64,000 nt of DNA from positions 26,474,001 through 26,538,000 of the forward strand of contig CM097888.1 of the NCBI GenBank assembly GCA_044892525.1, given 5' to 3'. This DNA comes from Schmidtea polychroa. Lineage: Eukaryota. A program made the translations under genes and the position numbers. Below are positions 23,561 through 36,366 of this stretch, in pieces. Positions within the stretch are counted from its first letter, which is position 1. Each line of letters starts with the position of its first letter. The notes beneath the pieces were generated by a model, which saw nothing but the letters and a program-made list of their open reading frames with translations, was not told the DNA's origin and did not search any database.

Positions 23561-24006
23561 CAAATTGTTGGATATCTATCAATATTTAATCCAAAAATTT
23601 AAAATGTGTAAGCATGAACCATAATTTACAAATAAAATGTCAATTTCTTGTACATTCTACACACTGCACTTCTATTCAACGATGCAACTTTTGTCTCTTA
23701 CACATTTTGACAAACTGCGTGTAGAATTGTTTTATTCTTATTAATTTATTCAAGCACAATTTATACAGTTTAATTTAGATGTTTATATTAATTGGTTTTA
23801 TATTGTTAATTTCTTTCTGGAGGAGGGCGGTGTTCTGGTTTGACTTGCCTAATATCTGACAATCATACTTTAAATAAAAATGAATTTTCATTGTAACATA
23901 AATTTTTGATTTATAGCCATAATAAAAATAATTGCAATTTTTTGTTTTATTATAAGAACTTTTATTTCTTTCAATTTCACCACTGATTATTTTTTCCATT
24001 GAATTT

Positions 24007-24076
24007 ATTAAAAAGAGAGTTTGAAGACTATAAATCAGTAAATACTGATTTATAGTCTTCAAACTCTCTTTTTAAT
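24007..24076. repeat. Perfect hairpin with 34-bp arms and a 2-nt loop
   Basis: ATTAAAAAGAGAGTTTGAAGACTATAAATCAGTA-AA-TACTGATTTATAGTCTTCAAACTCTCTTTTTAAT. Confidence 0.95.
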
Positions 24077-24546
24077 TTTTTGTTCTCAATTTTATTATTT
24101 TATTAATAGAAATATTTTTGTCGAAAAAACAAGTTACAATTTCGTTTTAAATAAAATTCAGCCCTTAGAAAATCATCATAGAAATGTATATATAAAGATT
24201 CTGGGCGATATAAAAAAATGGAAATTATATTTCAACAATATTATTCCTTATTGAAAATCTTAATTGAATTGTAGCAAAACGGCGATAAAATTTTTTTGAA
24301 TTTAAATTTTTAAATAATTTTTCTTGGTTTTGATTGAAAAAATTTATTTTAATTTTAAAATATTTTATTAAATATTTATTATTTCTTAAATCAGCTTGAA
24401 TTAACTTTTTCAATAAGATTTTTTTATTTTAATAATTCATGTAATATTTATAGCACAAATTATTTATTGATAATTTAATTTGACGGGAAAAACAAATATT
24501 TAAATAAATGTTCATATTATTTATTGATTATTGCAAAATAATAATT

Positions 24547-25399
24547 GGGATATATTGTCCCAATATTATTGGTGAGTGGGTCGTATGTGTCTCAGCAGTA
24601 TTTTATGATAGTAAAATAGTGGAGCATATAAAATATATGTTTCACTAAAAATAAAAGAAAAACACCATTATAATTCAACATTTCTTTTTTATTGCATATA
24701 TTCAATGTAATCAAGAATGATACTTAGCAAAACAATCATTGCAGAGCGCAACTGTGCACGTTTGGCAAGTGATCTTTGTCCTCTTTTCTTTTTTGAAACC
24801 AGCACATTGTACACATCGTTTTTTTGAAATTTCCCGTAATAGGCAGATGATCCCCAACATTATCCATGAATTTGGTTCTATTTGAGGGACGTCCTCTCTT
24901 CATTATTTTCTTCTTGCCCAGCTGGGATTTGCCTATGGCTATCATATTTTCTGCTACTAGTATAATAAAGTTTATAAACGGTAGTTTTGAACGTCTTGTT
25001 TCTTGTTGTATATTATATATGCATTATCTATTGCCGTCATGAATAGCTTGTAAAAAACCTTTCACCACCATTTGGAGCTTTTTCGATCCTTATCATACTG
25101 TGATATCATTTGATAGGCTTATTTGGCAATTCGAGCACAGAACATATAAAGACACAGTTAGTAATAAGCGTGATACGAGTCTACTGTTTGTTAGCAACAT
25201 CTAGACTGACAAAATTTTAGAGAAAAGAAAAAAAAGCAGACAGCAAACAGCAACAAAGCAAACAGGTTTGGACTTGTTTACGAGCCTATGACCGTACAGT
25301 ACTAAAATCCCAGATCCCAATGCATTTGTAAGCATTTAAATTATTTTAGTAATTAATAGAAATTCTCCGGGACAATATGTCTCTACAGTATTGAAAGGG
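24547..25399 (-). mobile_element. Deleted piggyBac transposon
   Basis: Minus-strand end reads TTAA|CCCTTTCAATACTG. Peptides QMISQYDKDRKSSKWW*KVFYKLFMTAIDNAYIIY and the Cys-rich tail KRCVQC...KRTKITCQTCTVALCNDCFAKYH. The other TIR is degraded. Confidence 0.8.
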
Positions 25400-26643
25400 T
25401 TAAAGGGTAGTTTTTATAAACAGTTTGACTGCCACAATGCCATATACGCCTGTATGCCTGAGTAATCGTTTACGACTGCTCGAATAGTATCGCTAATATC
25501 CAACTTGGCATCTTGAACATTTTAAACTATTTTTATATAGCAATCACCCTGTTAAAATAGTTTTGAGTGTTTGTTTTATATATTTTATTTTCAGGTTTAA
25601 TTCTCGGGTTATTTTGATTTCCATATTTTTATAAGATTGTTTTACTATGTATTTATTTCAAACATACTTAATCTTATACAAATGATATCCAATTTTTTGC
25701 TGGTGAGTGGTTAGAAGATTTCAGTAAAACGTACATAAGGTCAAAAATTGATGTTTAATTTGTTAGTAACGCTCTCTTCCGATAATATTTGATACATTTA
25801 ATCTTATAGAAAGAATAGCACTAGCAGTAATGAAAAATTTCTTAATGACACACAACTCTATTTGATATATTTTTATATTTTTCAATATTTTTTCTGAATT
25901 ATTGTTAAATCTTTCACTAATATCTTTAGTCTCTCAACAGTCACTTGTGTTCCTTAATCAATTTCCTGGTTATATTTTGTACGTACTGCAGACCTCTTAT
26001 AATTTTGTGGAGTAATTATATATCCTTCGTCTACGAAGTCGATTTTCAAAACTTTTTTTTTATTATCTATGGAATTTGAAGACTCGTCTTTATTTGTTCC
26101 TTAAAATTGCTAAATTGAACAAGATTTCAGAGACCTCAATGAACTTAATTAAAATATTCAAATTGTACATTTAGTTAGTAATTTAATCATTCACAATTAG
26201 TGGTGTTTTTAGGTCAATTGTCACTGAGGAAACATTTGCAATTTCTATTTTATGTACTACATTACAATTTGTGAATTGTTATTTTTAAATTACTCCAAAA
26301 ATAATTTCAACCCTAGGAGAATTAACCCACCTAAGACATTCTACTGGTCATATTCTTAAAATTAAATACATAAAATATACTAGTTTAAATACAAATTACG
26401 CAATAATAATGAATTTCTTGATTTATATTTAAAAAAATTCATCATTTGATAACTGCATAAATTATCAAGTCATTAAAATAAAATTTTCAACTTAGGTATA
26501 TATATTTTGTTTTAAAACATAGAAAATAATTGATATTTTGAATTGTTAAATTAAATAAAACTTTAAATATATTTCATACAATAAATAATTAGATTATTAT
26601 TAATAAATAAGTAATAATTAATTATTTTGTATTATTTGGGGAT

Positions 26644-27390
26644 ATGCAAATAAATGTACACATAGTTGCAAATATTCTGATAATCCAAGTATCCTTCGTA
26701 TTTTCGCCAAACGAAAATTTCAATGAAATTAATTTTCATTCCATTGCCAAAAATCCTAAAGGAAATGTTTGCACTTATTTTGGTACGTAAATTGAATATG
26801 GATAAATTACATTATGAACAATTAGCTTCTAATAGATATTCCGAACCTGAAAGCAGTTTAATAAATTGCACATGGTTCCGAAAAGACGCTTGCTGCAAGC
26901 GGACAGAAGTAACTTCTGTTTTTACGGGAATGTTTGCATTATATAAAGCCACAAATAAATGCAAATACATGATGAATTATCTTATGTGTTATTTTTGTAG
27001 TCCATATCAATCTCAATGGTATCGAAACAAGTATTTTTGGTATAACTTTACCGATAAATATTAAACAGTAGTTTCTAAGTAAAACTGTTGTATGTCTATC
27101 ATTCTGTCAGAACTTGTTTGATAATTGCAAAACTGCTATGTATAAAGGAATCAAGTTGGGTAAAGAATTATTCTGTAAGTATTCTTTAAGCAACATTTTT
27201 AATTTTAGGCAGTGTATATAATTCTGGAAAAAAGTTTTGTGAGGCTCAAAATTTTCAGACTCTCAATTCCGACATGCATTGTTATGGTTACGATCCAACT
27301 GTTTTTGGGTCCAATTCCCTAAATGGAATCAACTGTTTATTAATTATTATATCAATCGTTTTTAATTATTTCGATATACTTATTTATTAA
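26644..27390 (+). CDS. Folate-receptor-family protein of about 201 aa, probably GPI-anchored. Exons 26644-26782, 26826-27030, 27080-27159 and 27209-27390.
   Basis: GT-AG introns of 43, 49 and 49 nt with consistent phases. Cys pattern NCTWFRKDACC...KCKYMMNYLMCYFCSP...VCLSFCQNLFDNC...FCEAQ...C; hydrophobic N-terminus and C-terminal tail after FGSNS. Confidence 0.8.
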
Positions 27391-28568
27391 TTATTTGAAA
27401 ATGTATAATTTTAGATAGTTTACTCGACAGTTAGTTCAGATGTTGTCTACGAATCTGTTATCCAATGCATTCGTTGGAGGGAAATTGCTATTGATTTTCC
27501 CATTTCCAATATTTTATGTCTTTGTTGTCGATGTGTGATCTCAATTTAATTTTTATTTGCTATTTTAATTATTAATCAAGTTTTAATTAGTAATTGTTTT
27601 TTATTATTAATATTATATTAGTGAGTATTTTTATTTCTCACATTAAATGTTACAATTACAGTGAATACATGTAATGTTCATGTATACTGCAAGATATTTA
27701 AACATTGTTATTATGAATTCGAGAATGCATGGAGATTTTGTGAAAATGAATTAATGAAATACACTTCGATTCACATCTTTGGGAGATTTCAACTTTTGGC
27801 ATTATCCTATCAGTACTGAATTGATATTCTATATATTTCTATATAGTATATAACAATGGTATATTATAATATTATAAGTCGATATTTATAATTTTGGATT
27901 TTTGTCTAATGATGCAAAATTTAAGCAGACTCAAGAGGATTTGTCAAGAATTTAATATTTAATCGTACTTACTTTGACAGATTTTTAACATAATTTCAAG
28001 TATGCTGTAAAATCAAGTTAAAATATTTATTATTCAATTTTCTGTCTTATTTGAATCTATGTAAATGACAAAATATTTTTGTTTCATTAAGAAAACAATA
28101 TTCTTAATTGGTATTGCACTAGTCATATTATTTTCAAAATTTACATACTTATCAAGATAATTCAATTAAAATTTAATAGATAATTTATAAATTGTATTTT
28201 CAATTCACTAAAACATTGAACAATTAATAATTTTACATTAAAAATTTCTGTATTATTAAAAATCTGAAACTATTTTAATGGCACGCAAACAATTAAGTTC
28301 AAGTCGCACAAAATATTGAAATAATAAGCATTTTATATTTAAACAGACGAGTAGGCTTTTTTTTGTAAATTAATTTCAATCTAAGTTCGATTTTGTTGTT
28401 AAGCAAATTCGTAACTTACATTGCTCTTTTTAGATTTGTTTGAAAATTCGAGGAATTAATTTATTATTTTTTATCAACTGTAAATTCTTGGAAAATTTTG
28501 TATGTAAAAATTAAATTTTGAATACCAAAATATAATAAAAACTTGAGTTTAATTTGTTGGGTTGAAAT

Positions 28569-29418
28569 AAGTGGCGTAGCTAGAAATTTCGGGCCCCTAT
28601 GCAATGAGTCATATATGGGCCCCTTATACTGCATACACAAGTGAAATAGGTGCGGTGCACCTTAGCGCCACAAGAAAAAAATTTTTGGCCCCCTTTGGAA
28701 GCACAATTGAATTATACCAGGGTTTCCCAAACTTCCTGCGACGGAACACTTCGTAATTCTCGAAATTTTGATGGAACACCTTGTTTATTTTGTACGGTAT
28801 GAGACCAGTGGCGTAGGCCTACCCAAGATTTTTTAAGGGGGAGGGGAGAGTGTTAATTGAAAGAAGGGCTTATAGTTACAGAGGAGTTTTGCGCCGCAGG
28901 CAAAACATTTTTTGGTCTTGTTTGGAAAGACGATTTAATTAAATAATTAGAGCTCAATATACAATATAACAGTATAAATCGTTATAAAATGATAGAATTG
29001 TATCAGGGACAAATGTGTAAAGCCGACAAGCGAAACAATTTTTTCGACCCCTATATGAATTGGCGATTTACTTAGATAACTAAAGTTGCTTGCTTATACA
29101 ATATATTATTAGCGAGGGAGAGGCAGAGAGCTTGCATTAATAGGTAAAATGCAGGTAAATAATGTACTTAATGCAATAATCAAACAAAACAGTGGAGCTT
29201 TATTAGATAAAACCACAAATCGATCATTTGGAGGTCCCTGTTGACTGGTGCCAACCATGCCGTTGTTTGACATTGTTTTCTGAAGAAAATTAAGGAAACT
29301 TGGAAAAAAGGCCCCCTGTCTTGTGGGCCCCTATGCATTGCTTGCTCTTGCTATATGGTAACTACGCCACTGGCCCCTATGCATTGCTTACTCCTGCTAT
29401 ATGGTAGCTACGCCACTG
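28569..29418. mobile_element. Composite non-autonomous hAT element, 850 bp
   Basis: TIR (C/A)AGTGGCGTAGCTA; 8-bp flanks GTTGAAAT and ATTGAAAT (7/8). Right terminus tandemly duplicated. Internal extra termini CAGGGTTTCCCAAACTT (about 28718) and CAGTGGCGTAG (28806). Confidence 0.75.
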
Positions 29419-29653
29419 ATTGAAATTTAATGTTAATTTCCAGAATAAAACAAAAAATTGTGTTGTTTAAAATAACCACAATAAACAGAAATTGAAAAGA
29501 AACGTTTAAAAGTGTAAAATTTTGTATTTTTTAATAATAATATCGAAAGAAAGAATTACGAATTTTATTTTACGAGATTTTTGATGTCTGAGGTATGTTG
29601 ATCAAAAAAGGCTTCTCTTAATTTTATAGATACAAAACACCGATAGTGAGAAG

Positions 29654-29986
29654 CTGGTGCACACCCAGGATTTTCGCTTATAAGGGCTCAACTTGAGAAA
29701 ATATTTTAAGGGTCGAGTTCATTTTCAATACATTAGAAAAATAAAATATTAAGTACTTTTATATTAATTTTGGATAGGAAGGGGGTAAATTCATTGAATT
29801 TACTACAAAGGGTGGCGCTTAAATTACACATTCAACGCTGCTGTTTATCAAATCTTATTATCCTGAGGATTTAGTAAGCGTTAAATAGTTTTACTCATTT
29901 AAATTGTGCAAACTTCACAATAATTTTAATGATTTTTTTGAGCCTTGGAGGGCTGAACCCCGTATGTCACGCTGGGTGAGCCCCTG
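29654..29986. mobile_element. Possible degenerate hAT-type MITE
   Basis: Imperfect TIRs CTGGTGCACACCCAGG and revcomp CAGGGGCTCACCCAGC; no clear TSD. Confidence 0.3.
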
Positions 29987-31740
29987 GGGAAGAGGTAGTG
30001 GAACTGAGTTTTCCAAAAGAGTATGGAAATATATTTGATGAATAATAGTCGTTGTGTAGTACTATGATATAGGAGATTGATAATCAAGCACGAAAAGAGT
30101 TATTTATCTGTTTTCTTTTTGTTCTTTGATTCATTTAATGATGTATGATGTATTGAAGTGGGAACTTGACGAATAACTATAAGCTTCTTGGATTATACAG
30201 GAAAAGTGCAAAGATCTATGTGAGATATTATGTAGTAAGACTAAGATAAGACGTAGTATATCCGCAAACAATAAATACCGCTATAGCAAGCATGTGTAAA
30301 TAGAGAATTGAATTATTTCCCATTAATATATTTTCTAATAAAATTTAACAACTACCAACTTTGAAATGCTGAGTCAAGCCTAAATCTAGATTAAATCAAA
30401 CTCATCGGTTGACGATGAAAAGGAGAAAAGTAGTTAGGATCCTAGGACAGATCAGTAAGGGGTTAGGAATCTGTATATCTTAATGGATTCCAATTGTAAT
30501 TAATTCTGTAGTTTTAATAAATATTTTTGATTTCAATTTGTTAATATGGTACCCAAAACTTTAGGCCTCTACTGTTTGAATAAACCCAAAGAATGGTTCG
30601 TCAGGGGTGAATAGGTCTGTCTATGGCACTCAATTTCCCTTAATTGTTCACCCATGGAATCAAATTGGAATAAATTGCTACTTGATAACTCTTTTAACAT
30701 GAGATATGGAAGTTTTCATTAATTTGATATAAGGCAATAAGTTACTGTAGTTATGATAATATAACCACTTTCCCCATACAATCCAACGATACAATAAAAT
30801 TTTTTAAATTTAATTTTATTAAAATATTTTATCCTCGTTACCATTGACTGATTTTCTTTATCATTATAAATTAACTTTATTGTTTTAATCTCGATGTTGT
30901 ATTTAATTCTCTCAAATATTTTCGAGAATGATCATTCTTTCGAATCAAACTTCATTCACACTATTTTGCCTGGAACACATCTTCCATGTAAATTAAAGTT
31001 TCAGTGTAAACCTTTTTAATTATTTATTATATTATTGACTACAACTTTACGCTATTCAATCGTTGTTGAAGTTGAATAAATCTCTTATGCAAATATCATT
31101 TATCTCGGAGCACTTCAAAAAATAAACTTTAAATACTTTTGGTTATTCTGGAAAATAGTTTGTTTTAATTATTGAAATATTTTTTCGATATATTTTAATG
31201 AAATCCAAAATTGTTTTTAATTGAAGTTCAAGTGGAAAATTCTTGTTTCAAATTAGGATAATTGAGCAACAAAATTTCCAACTCACTTAATTTGATAATA
31301 AATGCTGGAAAAGTTTCTAGAATCCGACTAAAATCTCAATTTTCAAATAGACTGCACTCAGTTTAATATTCTATTTTGGTTTTCAAGTTTTTTTATCGTT
31401 ATTTTTTGCTATTCCATTCTTTATGGTTAATTACTATTGTTGAAGTTTAAATAAAAAATTCATTATATCCTTATTGGTATTATATTTTTTTAAAAAATTG
31501 ATTGAACCAATAAAGATATCGATGTTATTTTGATATTCACAAATTTTCGGAACTGCATTTTTAAAGTGATTTTGATCATCATCTATTGATTTTAGAAAAA
31601 ATATGGAAAAATAAATTAATTTTGTATTTTATATTGATAATAAGTACTTCTCAATACAATTTAAATAAATTCCCCCGGTTATTGGTTTGTTAATCCGTGA
31701 TAGCACTTTGTTATTAATAATTCAGTGTTAAGTATGAAAC

Positions 31741-32260
31741 TTTTGATCATTCGATGTCAGCTCTTCTTATCAATGCGAAGCAGAATTCTCAAAGCTTTGG
31801 ATTGTTCTTCCACTGATATAGAACGTGAGAAAGGTTAGTTTTACCCTACTTTATAATTTGTTATGATATTAGTAATTCTGCTCAGTACGAAAAGAACAAC
31901 AGATTCGTATCACTGGTAAATGTGCTTGATTAAAAGTTCAGTGGCACGAAGCTACCATCCGAGAGATTAAAACTGAACGCCTCTAAGTCTGAATCTCACC
32001 TAAAAATCATGATATTTGTGCCATTCTCGTAACGAGGCAATGTCATTATTCATTAACGCAAGTTAATAGATGTGGCCTAACCATATATTTAAACTCGAAC
32101 CATTCTATGAAAGTAGTTTGGATGTTTGAATCATTTTTAATGATTTACGCGTTGGCATTAAATCTTTTGTTTATGACTTACTTTATAGTTGGGGGAAGCA
32201 TAAGAATTTGAGTGGTTTATACTGCGAGATTTTGAACTTCATCACCACGTGACCCACATC
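31741..32260 (+). pseudogene. 5'-truncated 28S (LSU) rRNA retrocopy
   Basis: Matches universal LSU 3' motifs (TTTTGATC-TTCGATGTC-GCTCTT, AGGTTAGTTTTACCCTACT, CTGCTCAGTACGA, GAAGCTACCATC, ACTGAACGCCTCTAAGTC). Has a 21-nt deletion and a flanking 13-bp direct repeat TTAAGTATGAAAC. Confidence 0.9.
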
Positions 32261-32760
32261 TTAAGTATGAAACAATAATTTAATATATGTATTTATTAAA
32301 AAGCTTGACTATGAATCAGTAAATATATCGATTTTTTTTGATATTCACGAATTTTCGGCACTACCTTTTTCAAGTGATTTTGATATATATATTGATGTGT
32401 AAAAGTATTTTTATTAAGGTGTAGTTTTTTGATGGTAATAATAATAATTTGCAATACATATGCATGACTAATAAAGACTTGTGCTATGCAAGTGTATAAT
32501 TAACAATTTCATCATAAATACAATTTGTAGTTTAAGAATAAATCTGCACGCGTGGTTATATAAATTTTGACTGTCCATAAAACCATTCAAAATGAACCTT
32601 GCAATAGCAATGTAATACCTTAGATCATCGCAATAAACATTCGGATACTCCAAGAGAAAAGCTTCGAAATGAGCTATTGATCACCGAAATGCAGTCTCAG
32701 AAACTTTCAATAATCAACTTTGAGTTAGCGAGTCCCTGCTTTTAAAACCGGTTTGAATTA

Positions 32761-32950
32761 ACGTATATACTCGCATATAAGCCGACCCCCCAAATTTGGT
32801 TGATTAAAATATCAAAAATAGATGACCCGCTTATAAACCGACCTATTAAAAATGATATTTTGGGTAATATATAATTTATTTCAAATTATGCAATTAACTA
32901 AGAACCATAAAAGAACCAAAACTACTCGGCATATACGCGAGTATATACGG
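32761..32950. mobile_element. pogo/Tc2-like MITE, 190 bp
   Basis: TA flanks; 25-bp TIRs ACGTATATACTCGCATATAAGCCGA and revcomp CCGTATATACTCGCGTATATGCCGA (22/25). Confidence 0.85.
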
Positions 32951-34342
32951 TATATCATTTTTCACTAAAAGTTTCTATTCTTAAAATTTGTTGAACTATC
33001 CCTTATTTATTGCCCATTACACACACACACACACACACAACATGTTATCTACTCCACTCAATCACCAATTAAAAAATGAAAAAAATTTTGAGTACAGCGT
33101 AATCAGCATTTCTAAAAAAATGTTAAAGTCTTTGACTTAATCGTTGATTTAAAAATATTTTAAAAATAATAAATTATGTAATCATTGATTAAAACAAAAT
33201 TTCAAAAAAAGAATTATAGGGGAGAGGTTTCGACCACAATGGTGTGTTTTTTATAAGCTTAGAGGTTAACATATTTATTTGTAGTATTCTGTTCAAGTCC
33301 TCGACCTATTATTACAATTCTAAAATTTGTTATTGTATGGTTATTGACAATAACCGGAAACTAAATAATTTATATTACATGACGGCCTTGTTTAGAAAAG
33401 TAATTTGTAGATAACTGAAGGGGTCCAATGCATTTGCATGTGAACCCACAAAATTATCACACTGACCTTGGTTATAAATGCATTTAAGATAAAAATATTT
33501 AAAGTTTTACATTATTTATCAATGTTTATTAAATTATTTCTAATTTCCATTCATGCATTTCGTATCCTACTGCAAATCGGACATAATTCGTAAAATGGCA
33601 AATGATATTGTCAATTTTGTAACAAGTACTTCTCAATACAATTTTAATAAATTCCCCCCGGTCATCAATCATTCCAAATTGGAATTGTAAACCTAATCTA
33701 ATTACCAAAATTTTGTCTCATATTTCAGGAATCTATCAAAAAATTTAAATTGCATTTTCAAACTGCATTTCCCTTTTTGTTTCTTAATTTTTTATTATTG
33801 GGATAATACAAAATTTGTTTGTTTATTTTTACTTTTTATACAGAAAACTAATTTTCTGCACATCCGTCAAAATTGTAGAGGTAGACGGGAGCCTGCTAGG
33901 GATAGCTAAATATGTAAGGCATAAATTTTTGATGTAACATTCCATCAAAACTGAAAATAAATAACCCTCATAATAATATAATTTTGCTACCTCTAGTTTT
34001 GACAGCAATAAATACAAGTTTGAGTCAAAAGTTTCTGACAAAATTTCAACAACAAATGAATAACAATAAGTTGTCTAATCATTAACCTCACATAAGTTTT
34101 AAAAATATTCACCATTGTAATTAATGTATCGTTGCCATCTTCTCAGTAGCTTGTTGATGCATTCCTTGAAGAATTATTTCGGTTTCAGTGAGAGTTTCCA
34201 CTCTTGGATATGGCTACCCAGTTGAAGCATGTTCTGAGGCCAACCGTGCCTTCATATAGGGTTCAGTTGATTTCTTTATGAATTTTGTAAATTGACAGTT
34301 CCCTTCCAGTTGTAATAAATGATTTTTTGAATATAAAAAAAA

Positions 34343-34435
34343 ATTCAATTCAAATTCAAATTTTAAGTAAATCTCAAATTCAAATTCAAATTCAAATTTT
34401 GAGTAACTCGAATTCAAATTCAAATTCAAATTTTC
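34343..34435. repeat. Interrupted (TTCAAA)n simple repeat
   Basis: Read directly from the sequence; could be a LINE 3' tail on the minus strand (unproven). Confidence 0.8.
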
Positions 34436-34732
34436 AGTAAAACTCTTCAGTGACCTCTGGAAAGTTGCAAATAATCTCCGCTTTCTTTTTTTTCTTTGTT
34501 ATTTAATAGTGTAATTAAATAAACTATTTTAATATTTAAATATTTCCGTTGATTCACCCGCCATGCTGGTTTCAATGAAACCTAGTATAGATTTTAAACG
34601 AATCATTTCAAATACGAACCAAAAAATATATATTATTTAATTAACATTACAAATTGTTTTATATTTTGAGAAATTTATCATAATTTATTCATTCATCAAA
34701 CATTACAATAATACGTTGATAATTATAAATCA

Positions 34733-34890
34733 AATTAAATATAACTAATAAAAATTAAATATATAAAAATAAAAATTAATAAAAATTAAATATAAAAAAA
34801 ATTAAATATAAAAATTAAATTAAAAATTAAATATAAAAATTAAATAAAAATTAAATATATACAAATTAAATATAACTAATAATTAAATAA
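34733..34890. repeat. AT-rich degenerate minisatellite (AAATTAAATATA-like)
   Basis: Read directly from the sequence. Confidence 0.75.
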
Positions 34891-35049
34891 ATATATAAAT
34901 TCTCCTTACTTACGTCATAGGTTAGCTGATTGAGTTTGGCCATCAACGATGACATGTGTATGATTGTCAAAGGTTTTAAAAAGTTTATGTTAACCTAGGT
35001 ATCTCAGCTTTAAACCAGAATCCAAGGTGATGCCGATAAAAAATGAGTT

Positions 35050-36330
35050 GCCTATTCAAAGGTTCGTGGTATATAAGATTTATATGTCGTTCTTAAACGG
35101 ATAGTGGGCCAGAATTTTGAGTTCTTTTAAAGTTTACCAGTTTCCAAAACTTATGATCTCAGATAACAACAACATTTGCTTTCCGAATAATAGCTGTGAC
35201 ACAGTTGATTCAGTAGATGTTGATTTTGTGTTTCTTTCAAAACAAAGGGCAAAAATGTCATTTATTCTTATGAAATTGGAAATATTCTCCAGGAGAATTT
35301 CAGAGCCTATTGAAACCGTTCTAATAGGGTGCTTGTCTGGCGATGCAATGATAAAGATCTTAAAAGTTTGATTGGTCGTTTTCCAATGAAAGGTTTATAA
35401 ATCTGGAATTCAAATTGTGCTTCACAATCATATATGTAATGTTTCTTGGGACATCATAACAGGAAATTTATTTTTTAACTTTGGTCAATAATTTTCAGTA
35501 TATAAGTGTACCTGTGATCAAGGTGTAGAACATTAAATCGAAATCCATTATTTATGGTTTAATATTTTTTCCTCTGACAGAGCAGACACTAAGATGCAAA
35601 TTCTTTTATTTGCTTTTCATATATTACCACATAATCTTGGTTGATAGGAACTCATAAGTTAATAAAGAAAGTTGGTGGTGTAAATTATGTGTTTTTACTG
35701 GTCTATGGGCCCATCCATAAAGTCCAAAACTGTCTTACTCCAGTTAACTACTGGATTCCTTTTGCTATTTCACAGATATGTCATTGGTCCCAAGATATCT
35801 GATATCTTTGAAATGGATTTGTATTATTAGTTTATGATACCCATGAAGTTTATAAGGTAGGTAACCGTTCTTGTAACTCAAAGTTCTTGATACATTTTAA
35901 ACTTTCTAAAAATGTCTCATTCCATCACTTTCAATGACGTGCCTTAAGAATCGAGCATCGGTTGAAAAAACGAACATTTCTGGTAACTTAGTGGTAGATT
36001 GCCTGAAAGATGGTTTTCATATTTAGTGAAATTTTTAGAACTTATTATGATTTCACTTACATAGGCAACAAAAGTAAAATTTTTAGGTATGTTGATATAT
36101 TTCTGCAAAATTTGTGCTGCATACCTGAGTCCAAAGCACATATAAAGATGTTCATACAAAAAACTTAACACTTCTTCTATTAACCGTATTCGGTAAGATT
36201 CATGAACAGCAATGTTGTTTAGTCTCCTTTAATAACTCAAAGATCCATAGCTATAATTTTTATTGAGCACAAAATTTATTCGTGATCCTTATGATGACTG
36301 CAACTTTTTGATAATGTTGTTCGCTTCAAG
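35050..36330 (-). mobile_element. Heavily decayed gypsy pol (RT and integrase pieces)
   Basis: ELEANNIIK...RRLN...SYRIRLIEEVL, MCFGLRYAAQILQKYI, AYVSEIIISS, KCSFF...FLRHVIESDG; integrase-like SLHRQTSTLLERFQ*ALK and STVSQLLFG. Confidence 0.7.
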
Positions 36331-36366
36331 TTCTAAAGTCTTTCCAAACGAATTCCATCTATCAAA

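Noticed and set aside
30480-31330. Possible non-LTR reverse transcriptase remnant
   Set aside because: No diagnostic motif (YADD, AFD) could be read.
35065-35100. Resemblance of the minus strand to a flatworm spliced-leader (TATAAATCTTATAT)
   Set aside because: The match is short and AT-rich, lies inside a gypsy remnant, and has no SL-RNA donor or Sm site.
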